A stretch of DNA of 64,000 nt, from NCBI GenBank assembly GCA_030390025.1, contig CM059431.1, forward strand, positions 144,524,001 through 144,588,000. Direction: 5' to 3'. The notes beneath the pieces are model-generated. The model saw only the letters and a program-made list of their open reading frames with translations. It made no database searches and was not told where the DNA came from. Position numbers and translations under genes: made by a program. Shown here piece after piece: positions 52,601-64,000 of the stretch. Position 1 is the stretch's first letter. Each line of letters begins with the position of its first letter. This DNA comes from Squalus acanthias (lineage: Eukaryota).

Positions 52601-53745
52601 AGTCCCACGGGTTCCCGCACTCTGCTAAATCCCAGTCCCACGGGTTCCCGCACTCTGCCAGATTCCAGTAACACGGGTTCCCACACTCTGCCATTTTCCA
52701 GTCTCACGGGTTCCCACACTCTGCCAGATTCCAGTAACACGGGTTCCCGCACTCTGCCAGATCCCAGTCCCACGGGTTCCCACACTCTGCCAGATCCCAG
52801 TCTCACTTGTTCCCACACTTTGTCAGATCCCAGTCCCACGGGTTCCCGCACTCTTCCAGGTTCCATACCACGGGTTTCCGCACTCTTCCAGATTCCATCC
52901 CACAGGTTGCCGCAATCTGCCAGTTCCCAGTTTCATGGATTCCCGCGCTCTGCCAGATCCCAGTCCCAAGGTTTTCCTGTACTCTGCCAGATCCCAGTCC
53001 CACGGGTTCCCACACTCTGCCAGATCCCAGTCCCACGGGTTCCCACACTCTGCCAGATCCCATTCCATCGGGTTCCCACACTTTGGCAGATCCCAGTCTC
53101 ACGGGTTCCCGCACTCTGCCAGATCCCAGTCCCACGGGTTCCCACACTCTGCCAGATCCCAGTCCAACGGTTTCCCAGACTCTGCCAGATCCCAGTCTCA
53201 CGGGTTCCCACACTCTGCCAGATCCCAGTCCCACGGGTTCCCGCACTCTGCCAAATCCCAGTCCCACGGGTTCCCGCACTCTGCCAGATTCCAGTAACAC
53301 GGGTTCCCACAGTCTGCCATTTACCAGTCTCACGGGTTCCCACACTCTGCCAGATTCCAGTAACACGGGTTCCCGCACTCTGCCAGATCCCAGTCCCACG
53401 GGTACCCACACTCTGCCAGATCCCAGTCCCACGGGTACCCACACTCTGCCAGTTCCCAGTCCCACGGGTTCCCACACTCTGCCAGATCCCAGTCCCACGG
53501 GTTCCCACACTCTGCCAGTTCCCAGTCCCACGGGTTCCCACACTCTGCCAGATTCCAGTCCCACAGGTTCCCACACTCTCCCAGTTTCCAGTCTTACGGG
53601 TCCCCGCACTCTGCCAGATCCCAGTCCCACGGGTTCACGCACTCTGCCAGATCCCAGTCCCACGGGTTCCCACTCTCTGCCACACCCCAGGCCCTAGGGT
53701 TCCGGCACTCTACCAGTTTCCAGTCCTAAGGGCTCCCACACTATG
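34660..53745. repeat. 33-bp satellite (~580 monomers) with ~2.4-2.6 kb higher-order repeat
   Basis: Monomer CCCAGTCCCACGGGTTCCCACACTCTGCCAGAT; marker GTCGGCTTCCAGTCACACTAG recurs at spacings 2441, 2507, 2573, 2407, 2605. Confidence 0.98.
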
Positions 53746-54884
53746 ATAGTTCTAGATATCCCCCTTCTTCTAGAATGGCCCCTCGAATATCAGAGGAATA
53801 GAGTTCGATGAAATCTATTGTTGTTGACACAAGACTTGTTGAGTTTACATCATTTGAGCTGTGTGGGCATTTCTGGTAAGCTAATCATGGAAAGTATATT
53901 TCTGCAATTTATAGGTTACACAGCTCTGTAGCAGAGATTCCAGGAATACACAAATCCAGTTTTGAAGAAATTATAGAAAATCCTGCTTTCCATCTTTAGA
54001 AAAGAGGACACCTCCAGCTGATCTAATGTTTTAATGTAACGAGGAGAATGCACAAATTACCCAAATTCTTCACGGCAGCAAGGAGTTCAATCATAAAGAT
54101 CTATAAATTCAAAATGTGAAATTAGGAGTGAGAAGGGAAGCCGGGCGGAACATTTCACCTCACTGGGTAACTGTATTCTGTATGTTATTTACTGAGTTAC
54201 CACAACGGTCATGCAGTACAAACCTATTTATCTGGCTCTGAAGTTGACAACTAGATTATCGAAAGTTTAGCACATGCCAAACATAACCTTCTCTAAACAA
54301 ACCGCAACATCCATGTGCTGCATAACACAAGCAAAGGTAAACTGATGAACCTCAATCTGAGGAGTTGAATAATCATGATATGCCACGAAAAAAAACAGAA
54401 AATTATCTTGAAAGAAGGGTAGATTATCAAAAAGTACACTTTTAAGTGGAATACTCCTGTCACTACATTTACTGCAATTTAGGAGGCAATAACAGGAACT
54501 CTATTGTTTAACGTTAGATTGTTAAGTTGCCGATTTATACTAATCATTCTCACAGTTGTTAATGGGATAGTCTGTGGTGCCTGTACCTACTGTAACAAAT
54601 CAAAAGCTGGAGACCCAGTTATATGCACTCTATTTAAGTACAAACAGAGGAATTCGGTTGTGTTTTGTTGAAGAGGTCCCTGCACAGAAACAAATACACG
54701 GAATCTCCTGTGTTGTGAATCCAAATATTTTCCCACGTCGTGGAGATCCCATTATTCGAAAGCTGAATTTTATTATCCTGAAAGATATATGTTGCGAAGA
54801 AGATAAATCCTTCATTCACTCCTTAAACCCCTTACTGAGGAATTAGACTGAAGAGGAGGGGCAGACGGGCATTGATACCCTGCT

Positions 54885-54947
54885 GGATTCTGGGAGTTGT
54901 AGTCCACCCTTGACAGAGACTCAAACAGAACTGGTGCATTATGGGAG
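54885..54947 (-). promoter_or_regulatory. Paired ZNF143 (SBS)/THAP11-type motifs
   Basis: GGACTACAACTCCCAGAATCC and CTCCCATAATGCA on the minus strand. Confidence 0.6.
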
Positions 54948-55473
54948 ACCGGTACTGGGCTGAGCTTCTTGATTTAGAAATTTTAGCAAAATATAAAAAT
55001 TCGCCTCCTGAAAGAGGTGCAAGATTGTGGTGAAACTACAAGAGACATTTCACAGGGATAATTGCTGATAAACTTCTAGTGTTCAGTTTCCATTTCAATT
55101 TTAAATGATTTTTGTGAATTTAATGCCTTTATTAATGTATTATAATGATTGGATATAGTGAGCGATGCGCTCCAGGTGGACCACTAGCAATAATAAAACA
55201 ATTGCTATACTTTTCTGATTGATTCTAATTTATCTTAAAGGAAATGACCCTTACTTAACTGTTAGCGCTAATTGGTGAGAAAGGCCTCGCCGAGCGGTTA
55301 CGTGAATTTGTGTCTTTCTCTGCAGTCTGAGCTCTTCACTGTGAACCCACATCTCCCAAAGTTACTCCAAGATCCCACATCTGCTTCCCACAATCAGTCT
55401 CACCGCTTTCTTAGAGCAGCATTTGTTAAATTTACACCCTACACTGTGACTGACTACGAACAATAACACGGGG

Positions 55474-56730
55474 ATCATAGAATTATTGAATCCTAGAGTT
55501 ATACAGTACAGAGGGAGGCCATTAGGCCCATTGTGCCTGTGCCAGCTCTTGGAAAGAGAGAAACAATTAGTCCCGCTCCTCTGCTACTTATTTTATTTTC
55601 ATTTATTTTACTTCATCTCCCCGCTGGTTTTTGTGCCAATGACCTTAAATCTGTGTCCTCTGGTTACTGAGCAGTCTGCCCCTGGAATAAATTTCGTAGA
55701 ATTTCCTTTATCAAAACCATTCCTAATTTGTATTCAGTTTGGTGCTCCCTTGAATTATTTACACAACATTTATCTTAAGCTTCCTTTTTTCTGTTATCAA
55801 TTTTGAATTCAGTTTTGGCTTGAATTTTGCTAACAGGTCGAGCATGTAGTACTTTGTCAAACGTCTTTTTAAAGTCCATAAACATAACATCAACTGCAAT
55901 ATCATCATCAACCCTCTCAGTTACTTCATGAAAGAACTCGATCAAGTTAGTAAAACATGATTCCCCACTAAAAAATCCGTCGTGGCTTTCATTGATTAAC
56001 CCACATTTTCTAAGTGCTAATTAAGTTTCTGTCGGATTATTGTCTCTAAATGTTTCTGCACCAATTTAGGTTGAGTGGCCTGACGTTTTTTGAATGGGGT
56101 GTAATGTTTGCAATCCACCACTACTCTGGCAGCTCTCCCATATCTAAGGAGGATTGGAAGATTTTTTGACCCCAGAGCCTCTGCAATTTCAACCCTTACT
56201 TCCCTCAGCTACCTAGGATACAGCCCATTTGGACCGGGTGACATTTCTACTTTGAGTGCTTCAAATGTTTTAAGTACCTCCTCTTTATTTATATTTTTCC
56301 TATCCAATTTCTCTACTATCGCCTCCTTTACTGTGACATTGAAAGCATTCATTTCTTTAGTGAAGACAAATGCAAAATATTCATTTAATACCTAAGCCAT
56401 GCTCCCTGCCTGCTCAAGAAGATTTCCTTTCTGGCCTGTAATCGGCCCCATCCTTGAGAGTGCCACGCTCCCGGAGGATCCCAGCACCACCTGCCTCTTC
56501 GCGCCCTGCCGATGGCCACCAACTTACTATCCTCCTGAACTCATTGTGGCTGCGGGGTGACCACCTCCTGGAACATGTGATCGAGCTAATTCTCAGCCCT
56601 GCAGTGAGTCCAGCCGCTACTGAAGCTCAGAAACTCTGAGTTTAAGTTCGAGCAGATGGAGGCACTTCATGGACACGTGATTATCATGGGCATGTGAAGC
56701 GTCCTAGAGTTCCAACATGTCTCAGGAATA
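55474..56730 (-). mobile_element. Fragmented CR1 LINE (3' tail, RT, ORF1 zinc-finger pieces)
   Basis: CATAGAAT tail, DFKKTFDKV-like segment, LNEYFAFVF, similarity to 4630-4810. Confidence 0.7.
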
Positions 56731-57473
56731 TCCATTTTTGTTATCAATGTAAGTTGCAGCTTCTAATTCAACAGTGACAGAAATCACGATGGAAGCTTAA
56801 TGAGATTCCGATGTTACGGACCGCCGTCAGACTTGGGATGGAGCTGTGTAACCCTTCACTAACACTCTACAACCACAGAACTCTCTGCACTGTGATACAA
56901 ACACATACAATGCGATTATCGGATTCTGACATGTAGATACACGATGGAGAAATTCGCGTGAGTTACACCCCAATTTTTAAGTCTTTCTTTCGACCAAATT
57001 ATGCAATACATTTTAACTAAACATTTAAATCTGTTACTGAGTCTAAGAATTTATGAGAGACTAGGTTTCATCTAAAAGAACTATAAACAGACCCACAATC
57101 CAAATACTGGCACTGCCCAACTGACTCTGACAGTAAAGAGCCTTGAAACAATTGGAGGCTGCTTCAAAAGTCTCTGTACTTTATCAGATACTATTCGGAA
57201 AATAGGAAACACATCAATAATTCCGTGATTTGACTGAACTTTCCTCCGCTTTAGTGAATTCTGCCGATTGGCAGCAGCGTATTTTACACCCGCCCAATTT
57301 AATTTTTCATTATAGTAATTGAAAAGGGAAGTTCGGTGGGGTGTATGACTGGCGCACAGTCCGCTACAGCCAGATTTCCACCCAGGCCGTAACTTAAAAT
57401 GCCCTTAGTTTCAGAATATTCAGATTCCACGAATCCCTAATGGACTGATAACTACAGGCATGCAGAAGATGGA

Positions 57474-57749
57474 AGATGTGGAGATGCCGGTGTTGGACTG
57501 GGGTGGACAAATGTGAGAAGTCGCACAACACCAGGTTATAGTCCAACAGCTTTATTTGAAATCCCAAGCTTTCGGAGCGCTGCTCCTTGGTCAGGTGAAG
57601 TGAAGAGATGCATATAGTCACAGCAGTTGGAAAGATTAACTGTAATCATCTGGCAGTGTTCTCTGACTATATATGCTGTGACTATATGCATCTCTTCACT
57701 TCACCTGACGAAGGAGCAGTGCTCCGAAAGCTTGTGATTTCAAATAAAG
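57474..57749 (-). mobile_element. Short Penelope 3'-end insertion with inverted duplication
   Basis: 57549-57626 inverted against 57674-57749; TSD AAGATGGA (57466-57473, 57747-57754); the minus-strand hammerhead at 57562-57598 is core-mutated (CTGACCA). Confidence 0.85.
57701..57737 (+). ncRNA. Minimal hammerhead ribozyme motif
   Basis: TCAC-CTGACGA-A-GGAGC-agt-GCTCC-GAAA-GC-TT-GTGA. Confidence 0.8.
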
Positions 57750-58393
57750 ATGGACGACACCGCGATAAAAATACAATCCGACTGGGCAAAAAAAAATGCA
57801 TGCAAGCCAATCAGTTTAAAATTAATATAAACCAACAGAACAATTAATATCAGCGGCGCCCATTAATTTCAGAAGATGTGTAAAGATCGAGCTGTCACAG
57901 CGTTGCCTGTTTATATGTGTATCCGGTAAACTTAATAGAACACAGAAACCAGTCAGAGACAGTCCTCTGACTTTCTTACACATCCTGCAGTGTGAACAGT
58001 GGATTTATCCAGTTCGAGGGGCAGCTTCGCTTCGACATCTTTCAACCTGCAACACATGTACTGCAGAATAAATTGCAAAACAGTTTCAACCGTGGCACTG
58101 ATATTAGCGGGCGGATAAAATGCTAGTTAATTGGCTCGAATCCTCATCTGAAGCCGTTGTGCCGAGCTAGGCTCTCCAAACCAGGTCCCCAGTGGTGCTG
58201 GACGGAGCTCCGAATACACCGCCTTGCACTGGGAGTACCCGTTCAATGCCAGTTGGTAAAATGGACGGGGTATTACATGGCACTGTCTGTGCACCAACAC
58301 ACACCGCGGATTATTCCATAGAAATATCTGAGAGTCCTGATTACTGATCCTTGCCTGAAAAGCCCCGATTATAAATTCTTATTTCATACACTG

Positions 58394-58824
58394 TGTTACC
58401 AGGTTACAGGGTCCCTGATTGACAATAAAAGCAGTCAGATTCACAATGATACATTTAGTAACAGCAAGTAACAACTTTATTTAATGTTGCTGGACAGACT
58501 TCAACTATTTCTCTTTAATAAAGACGTCAGAAGAAAAGGTAAAACGAGGCAACTCCAGTTAACACTCAAAAAATGGTGAAACACTGAGAAGGGGACAGCA
58601 AAACTGCTCCTTCTTCCCAGGAGAAGGGGTGAAGCGGCCTTTGCAGCTACAATCAGTCCAAGCAACATTTTCACAAAAACCTGCCAGAAAAAGTAAGGGA
58701 CAGGAAATTGTAAACGACTAAATCTTTCCCTAAAACTGGTGACTGATCCGGTCAATATATGGTAGAATTGATTACATGTCCCCGCAGGATCAGATATTAA
58801 ACCCGTTAATCAACTATTGTAACA
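58394..58824. mobile_element. Probable solo LTR
   Basis: TGTTAC...GTAACA termini; flanks CACTG/CACTC (4 of 5 match); internal AATAAA signals. Confidence 0.5.
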
Positions 58825-59079
58825 CACTCTTAAATTTCACTTAATCACTGATATTTTTCTTACTTAAGGGGGAATGACCTTGTTAGGGAGGAGTCACTCG
58901 GCCAAAGAACTGCGGCAACCAACAGTCCTTGTTGGCGTTAAATGCTACAAAGTGCCCCAATTATAGTCGTGTGCCTGTGAGTTTTTACAAGAACAATCCT
59001 ATGTTGCGGTTAGCAGAGAGAACTCCAGTCCAAGCTGGAACACGAGCTAGAACGGAATTCTAATGTCCCAACCGAAGCT

Positions 59080-60483
59080 CTAGTTCGGCTTTCTTTCATG
59101 TTTAACCAATCTTAGAATCAGTGTCCAGGGAGGTTTCACCACCTTCTTCAGCTCTTCTCTGAACTTCCTCTGGGTCGCTGCATAAATACACGTGTTCGGA
59201 CATGAGCTCAGATGCTTCAGCAGATCTCCGGTTTCAGTGACGATATAGGCTGCGTTTGTGCGGTCGCCTCGGTAATAATTGACATTTGTCATTCTGGTAA
59301 TTAAAAAATTCACGGCAGTTGTCAGCCAAAGCAGTAGAAAACTGCCCGATATAGTGAAGAGCAAAATGATGGATTTCCTTCGGTTCTCCATCTCTGGATC
59401 GCTCTGATTCTCACAGCTCTGACCCCGGAGTCCCCTGCGGGCTCTGCTGGCCACTAAAATACGTCTGACGGTCAAACAATTAAACAAGGCCATTAACGTA
59501 AAGGGAAGCCAAACGCGCCATATGGTGTGAAACCAGAGATACGCTACACCTGGAGGGGAGGAAAATAAAGCTACATTGTTCCGGCAGCCCCACTGCACCT
59601 TGTTAATTATTTGCTGCGGTTCAAATGCAAACAATACGGGGATGCCCTTTAAAAAGACCAGGAACGTGAACGCTGTTATAACCGCGGCCGCAGTTCTCGC
59701 GGTGCAATACTTCACTTTAAACTTCTGGCAGCAGATAACTATAAAACGGTCAAATGTGAAGGAGACGGTGAACCAAACAGACAAATCGAAGGTGACAGCT
59801 TTCATGTATAGATTGAACATACACACGGGAGTGTGGGACAGGAATGAAACTGGAAAGTGATAACTGAAAATATAATACACCATTACATTGAAGATCATGA
59901 CCAGTAGATCTGCTGTTGCCATGGCCACCATGTAGACAGAGATACACTTGGAAAAGCCGCAGTTTCCTCGGGAGAGAATCACAATTGTCACCAAGTTCGC
60001 TGTAAGAAAGAGAGAGGAGAGAATTAATATTCTGATTGAAATATATATGGAGATCCCTGTCGAGAGCATTTAACTCCATTCAGTGTGATTATCCACACGG
60101 AGCAGTGTGAGAACAGGATTAGTTTTGGAGCCATTACCTGGGAAACCCACCCACACATTTTAATGAGCTGCTGCAGCGCACACTCTGCACGGGGGGACAA
60201 GACGGACGGATTTCCGCTAAAATCCTTGTTTTGGAACTTCTAATAGCAAAGTAACATCACTCAGGTTATGGTATTAAGGGAAACGTGGAAAGTGCGGACA
60301 CGCGGTTCACTGTTTCATGCTGACATCTGTAAAACTGTTACCCTATCCAACATGCGATATGAACAGAGAGGCAGTAAACCCCGATTAACAACAAGCAGGT
60401 TACAATGGCTCACCGGGGACACCGAAAGCTGCGAGAATCGGGTAGTAAATCTCTTTTATCAGCAGTATAGCTGATCGCCCCAT
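59080..60483 (-). CDS. Class A GPCR, GPR139/GPR142-like, 329 aa; exons 60483-60414 and 59999-59080
   Basis: Exon 1 MGRSAILLIKEIYYPILAAFGVP, same phase-1 GT-AG intron as copy 1, FDRF, intact frame. Confidence 0.92.
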
Positions 60484-61009
60484 TTTCTGTGAGATTGGAT
60501 GAATTCTGTTCGAGCTGAAAGACTCTGACTGGCGCACGGCTGAGACAATGGAATGGAAGCTATATTTATCCACACATCAATCCGCAAGGGAGTCAATCAG
60601 GTTAAATCATAATTGGCATTAGTTACAGTCATTTAACAAATAGACTGAGGTAAGTTTTTTTTTTGACTGTTAATTCAGATTAAGAGAAATTAATGAAATT
60701 GTTATTGTACAGTTTCAAAAATACACATAATACAAAGATTCCTTACAAATGGAAACCGAAATCACCCAATAATGGAGCTGACCCTATTCCAGCAGAACTG
60801 GCGGAAGCTGCTCCCCTGGCAGTCATCGCCCTGACCCTGCCCTTCACTGACTCCTAGTGCTCCAACTCCTCCAGAACAGGCGGTGAAACAAATCCTGCAA
60901 TATATGAAACAGTTCTGCAGCATTAGAGATGACCTTGTTCCTCTGGTAATATTAGCTCTTAAAACTTACACTAGACGTGACCCTGTTCCTCCACTACTAG
61001 TGATAACCG

Positions 61010-64000
61010 ACATAGAAACATAGAAAAATAGGAGCAGGAGTCGGCCATGCGACCCGTCGAGCTTGCACCGCCATTCAATATGATCATTGCTGATCCTCTG
61101 TCTCAATTCCATAATCCCGCTCTTTCCCCATACTCCTTGAAGCCTTTTGTGTCTACAAATCTATCGATCTCCCTCGTAAATATATTCATTGACTTGGCCT
61201 CCACAGCCATCTGTGGTAGAGAATTCCTCAGATTCACCACCATCTGAGTGAAGAAATTTCTCCACACCTCAGTACTAAATGTCCTAACCCCTATCCTGAG
61301 ACTGTGAACCTTCGTTCTAAACTTCCCAGCCAGGGGAAACATCCTGCCTGCATCCAATCGGTCTAGCCCTGTCAGAATTTTATCAGTTTCATTGAGATCT
61401 CCTCTCATTCTTCTAAACTCCAGTGAATACAAGTCTAGTCGAAACAATCTCTCCTCATACGACAGTCCTGGAATCCCAGGAATCAGTCTGGTGAACCTTC
61501 GCTGCACTCCCTCTATAGCAAGTATATCCTTTCTTAGGTAAGGAGACCAAAATTGCACACAGTACTCCAGGTGGGATCTCACCAAGGCCCTGTATAACTG
61601 TAGTAAGAAATCCTTGCTCCTATCTCCAATCCTCTTGCAATGATGGCGAACATACCATTTGCCTTCCTAACTGATTGCTGCACCTGCATGTTTGCTTGCA
61701 GTGACTGGTGTACAAGGACTAGTGTACAAGGACTGGTGTACCCTTTGTACATCAACATTTCCCAATCTATCACCATTTAAATAATGGACTGCCTTTCTGT
61801 TTTTCCGACCGAAGTGGATAACTTCACATTTAACTACATTACACAGCAGCTGTCATGTATTTGCCCACTCAATGATCCCTGCGGCACCCAAGAATCACCG
61901 CCTGACACCCCGATAAAGACCCATTTATTCCTACCCTCTGTTTCCTGTCTGTTAAACAATTTTCAATATATGCCAGTATATTACCCCAATCCTATGTGCT
62001 TTAATTTTGCACACTAACCTCTTATGTGGGAGTTTTTGAAAGGCCTTCTGAAAATCCAAATACACCACATCTACTGGCTCTCCCTTATCTATTCTACCAG
62101 TTACATCCTCAAAAAACTCCAGTAGGTTTGTCAAACTCGACTTCCCTTTCATAAATCCATGATGACTTTGTCTAATCCCGTTGATATTTTCTAAGTGTCC
62201 TGGTATCACATCCTTGATATGAGACTCCAGCATTTTCCCTACTATTGATGTTAGCCTAAACGGTCTGTGGTTCCCTGTTTTCTCCCTCCCTCCTTTTTTA
62301 AATAGCGGGGTTACATTTGCCACTCTCCACTCTGCAGGAAGTATTCCATAATCTATAGAATTTAGGAAGATGGCAACCAATGCCTCCACTATTTCCATGG
62401 CTACCTCTTTTATTACTCTGGGATGCAGATTATCAGGACTTGGGGATTTATCGGCTTTCAGTACCATTAATGTCTCCAACACTATTTTTTTCGTAATACT
62501 AATTTCCTTTAATTCCTCCTTCTCACTAGACCCTTGGTTCCTTAGCATTTCTGGGAAGTTATTTGTGTCCTCTACCGTGAAGACAGAACCAAATTATTTG
62601 TTTAATTGCTCAGTCATTTCCTAGTTCCCAATTATACATTCTCCAGTTTCTGACTGTAAGGGACCAACATTTGTCTTCACTAATCTTTATCTTTTTGCAT
62701 ATTTGTAGAAGCCACTTTTATGTTGCTTGACAGTTTACTCTCATGATCTATTTTTCCCTCTTAATCAATCTCTTGGTCCTGTTTTGCTGAATTCTAAACT
62801 GCTCCCAATCCTCAGTCTTGCTACTTTTTTCTGGCCACTTTACATGACTCCTCTTTGGATCTAATATTATCCTTAATTTCTTTTTTAAGCCATGGTTGGG
62901 CCGCTTTTCCTTTTGTGTTTTTGCGCCAGAAAGGAATGTATAAATGCTGCAACTCATGCAATCGTTCCTTAAATGTTAGCCATTGCCTATTCACTGTCAT
63001 GCCTTTTAATGAAGCACCCCAACCTATCATAGCCAACTCCCTCCTCAGACCTTCATAGTTTCCTTTGTTTAGATTTAGGACCCTAGTTTCGGATTGGACT
63101 ACCTCATTTTCCATCTTAATGAAGAATTCTGTCATGTTATGGTCACTCTTCCCTAAAGGACCCCGCACAACAACATTATTAATTAACCACTTCTCATTGC
63201 ACAATGCCCAATATTTGATAGCCTGTTCACTAGATGGCTCATCATCGCACTGGTCTAAAAGAAAATCTCGTACACACTCCAGGAATTCATCCTCCACAGT
63301 ATAATTGCAAATTTGGTTTGGCCAGTCTATATGCAGACTAAAGACACCCATGATTACTATAGTACGCTTGTTACATGCATCTCTAATTTCCTGTTTGATG
63401 CCGTTCCCTACATTACCACTTCTGTTTAGAGGCCTATATACAACTCCCACCAAAGTGGTCTGCCCCTTGGTGCTTCTTAGCTCCACCTTGTGTAATTCTA
63501 CATCTTGATTTTCTGAGCCAATATCCGTTCTCTCTATTGCTCTAATTTCATTCTTTACGAATAACGCCACCACACCTCATTTTCCTTTTTGCCTGTCCTT
63601 CCTAAATATGGAATATCCTTGGATATTCAGGTCTCAGCCTTGGTCACCCTGCAGCCATGTCTCCGTAATTGAAGTTATATCTATTTGCGCTGTTAATCCG
63701 TCTACCTTATTATGAATGCTTCGTGCATTCAGATACAGTGCCTTTAGATTTGTCTTTTTAACATTTTTAGACATCAAAATATTTTTGGTACTATGGCCCT
63801 ATTTGTCTTCCAATTATTTTGTTACCAGGACCCTATCTGTTAGTGCACTCTTTTGTTTGTGCGCTCTGTCCTTTCCTGACAAAATCTGGTTATCCTTACC
63901 CCAATCCCGTTCCTGCACTGCTTCCCTGTCTTTTCTATTTAGTATTCTATATTTCTCTACACCATGCCACCCCCCCACCCACCCCCCCGCCTCTTATTTA
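61010..64000 (-). mobile_element. CR1 LINE ORF2 region (decayed), runs off the window
   Basis: GVVYRP, KSDHN, EWRVANVTPLFKKG, YLDFQKAF, VRSHLEYCVQFW; CATAGAAA tail. Confidence 0.95.

Noticed and set aside
34660..53745. CRISPR-like array
   Set aside because: No unique spacers, no cas genes, eukaryotic context
34552..53746. Very long mucin-like or Cys/Trp-repeat ORFs (up to 1117 aa)
   Set aside because: The 33-bp monomer is stop-free in all six frames; ORFs overlap on both strands and drift between frames at indels; no signal peptide or splice support

Overview
Eukaryotic, repeat-rich vertebrate DNA, most likely from a cartilaginous fish (inferred from CR1/HER1-type LINEs, Deu-domain SINEs resembling SacSINE1, and multiple GPR139-like receptors). 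Host genes: two intact two-exon class A GPCR paralogues (25664-27038 +, 59080-60483 -) and a third decayed copy (~17440-18232 -). The two intact copies converge on a ~19 kb 33-bp satellite with a ~2.4-2.6 kb higher-order repeat. Mobile DNA comprises a near full-length CR1 LINE with an esterase-type ORF1, many CR1 fragments, two DeuSINEs, and four Penelope-like insertions carrying seven minimal hammerhead ribozyme motifs; three of these insertions share an inverted, truncated terminal duplication inside a target-site duplication. There is also a decayed LTR element with two tandem paralogous envelope-like genes and a probable solo LTR. Four minisatellites (26, ~41, 49 and 60 bp) are present, two visibly derived from retroelement ends. 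Boundaries were read by eye and are approximate; no database searches were run.
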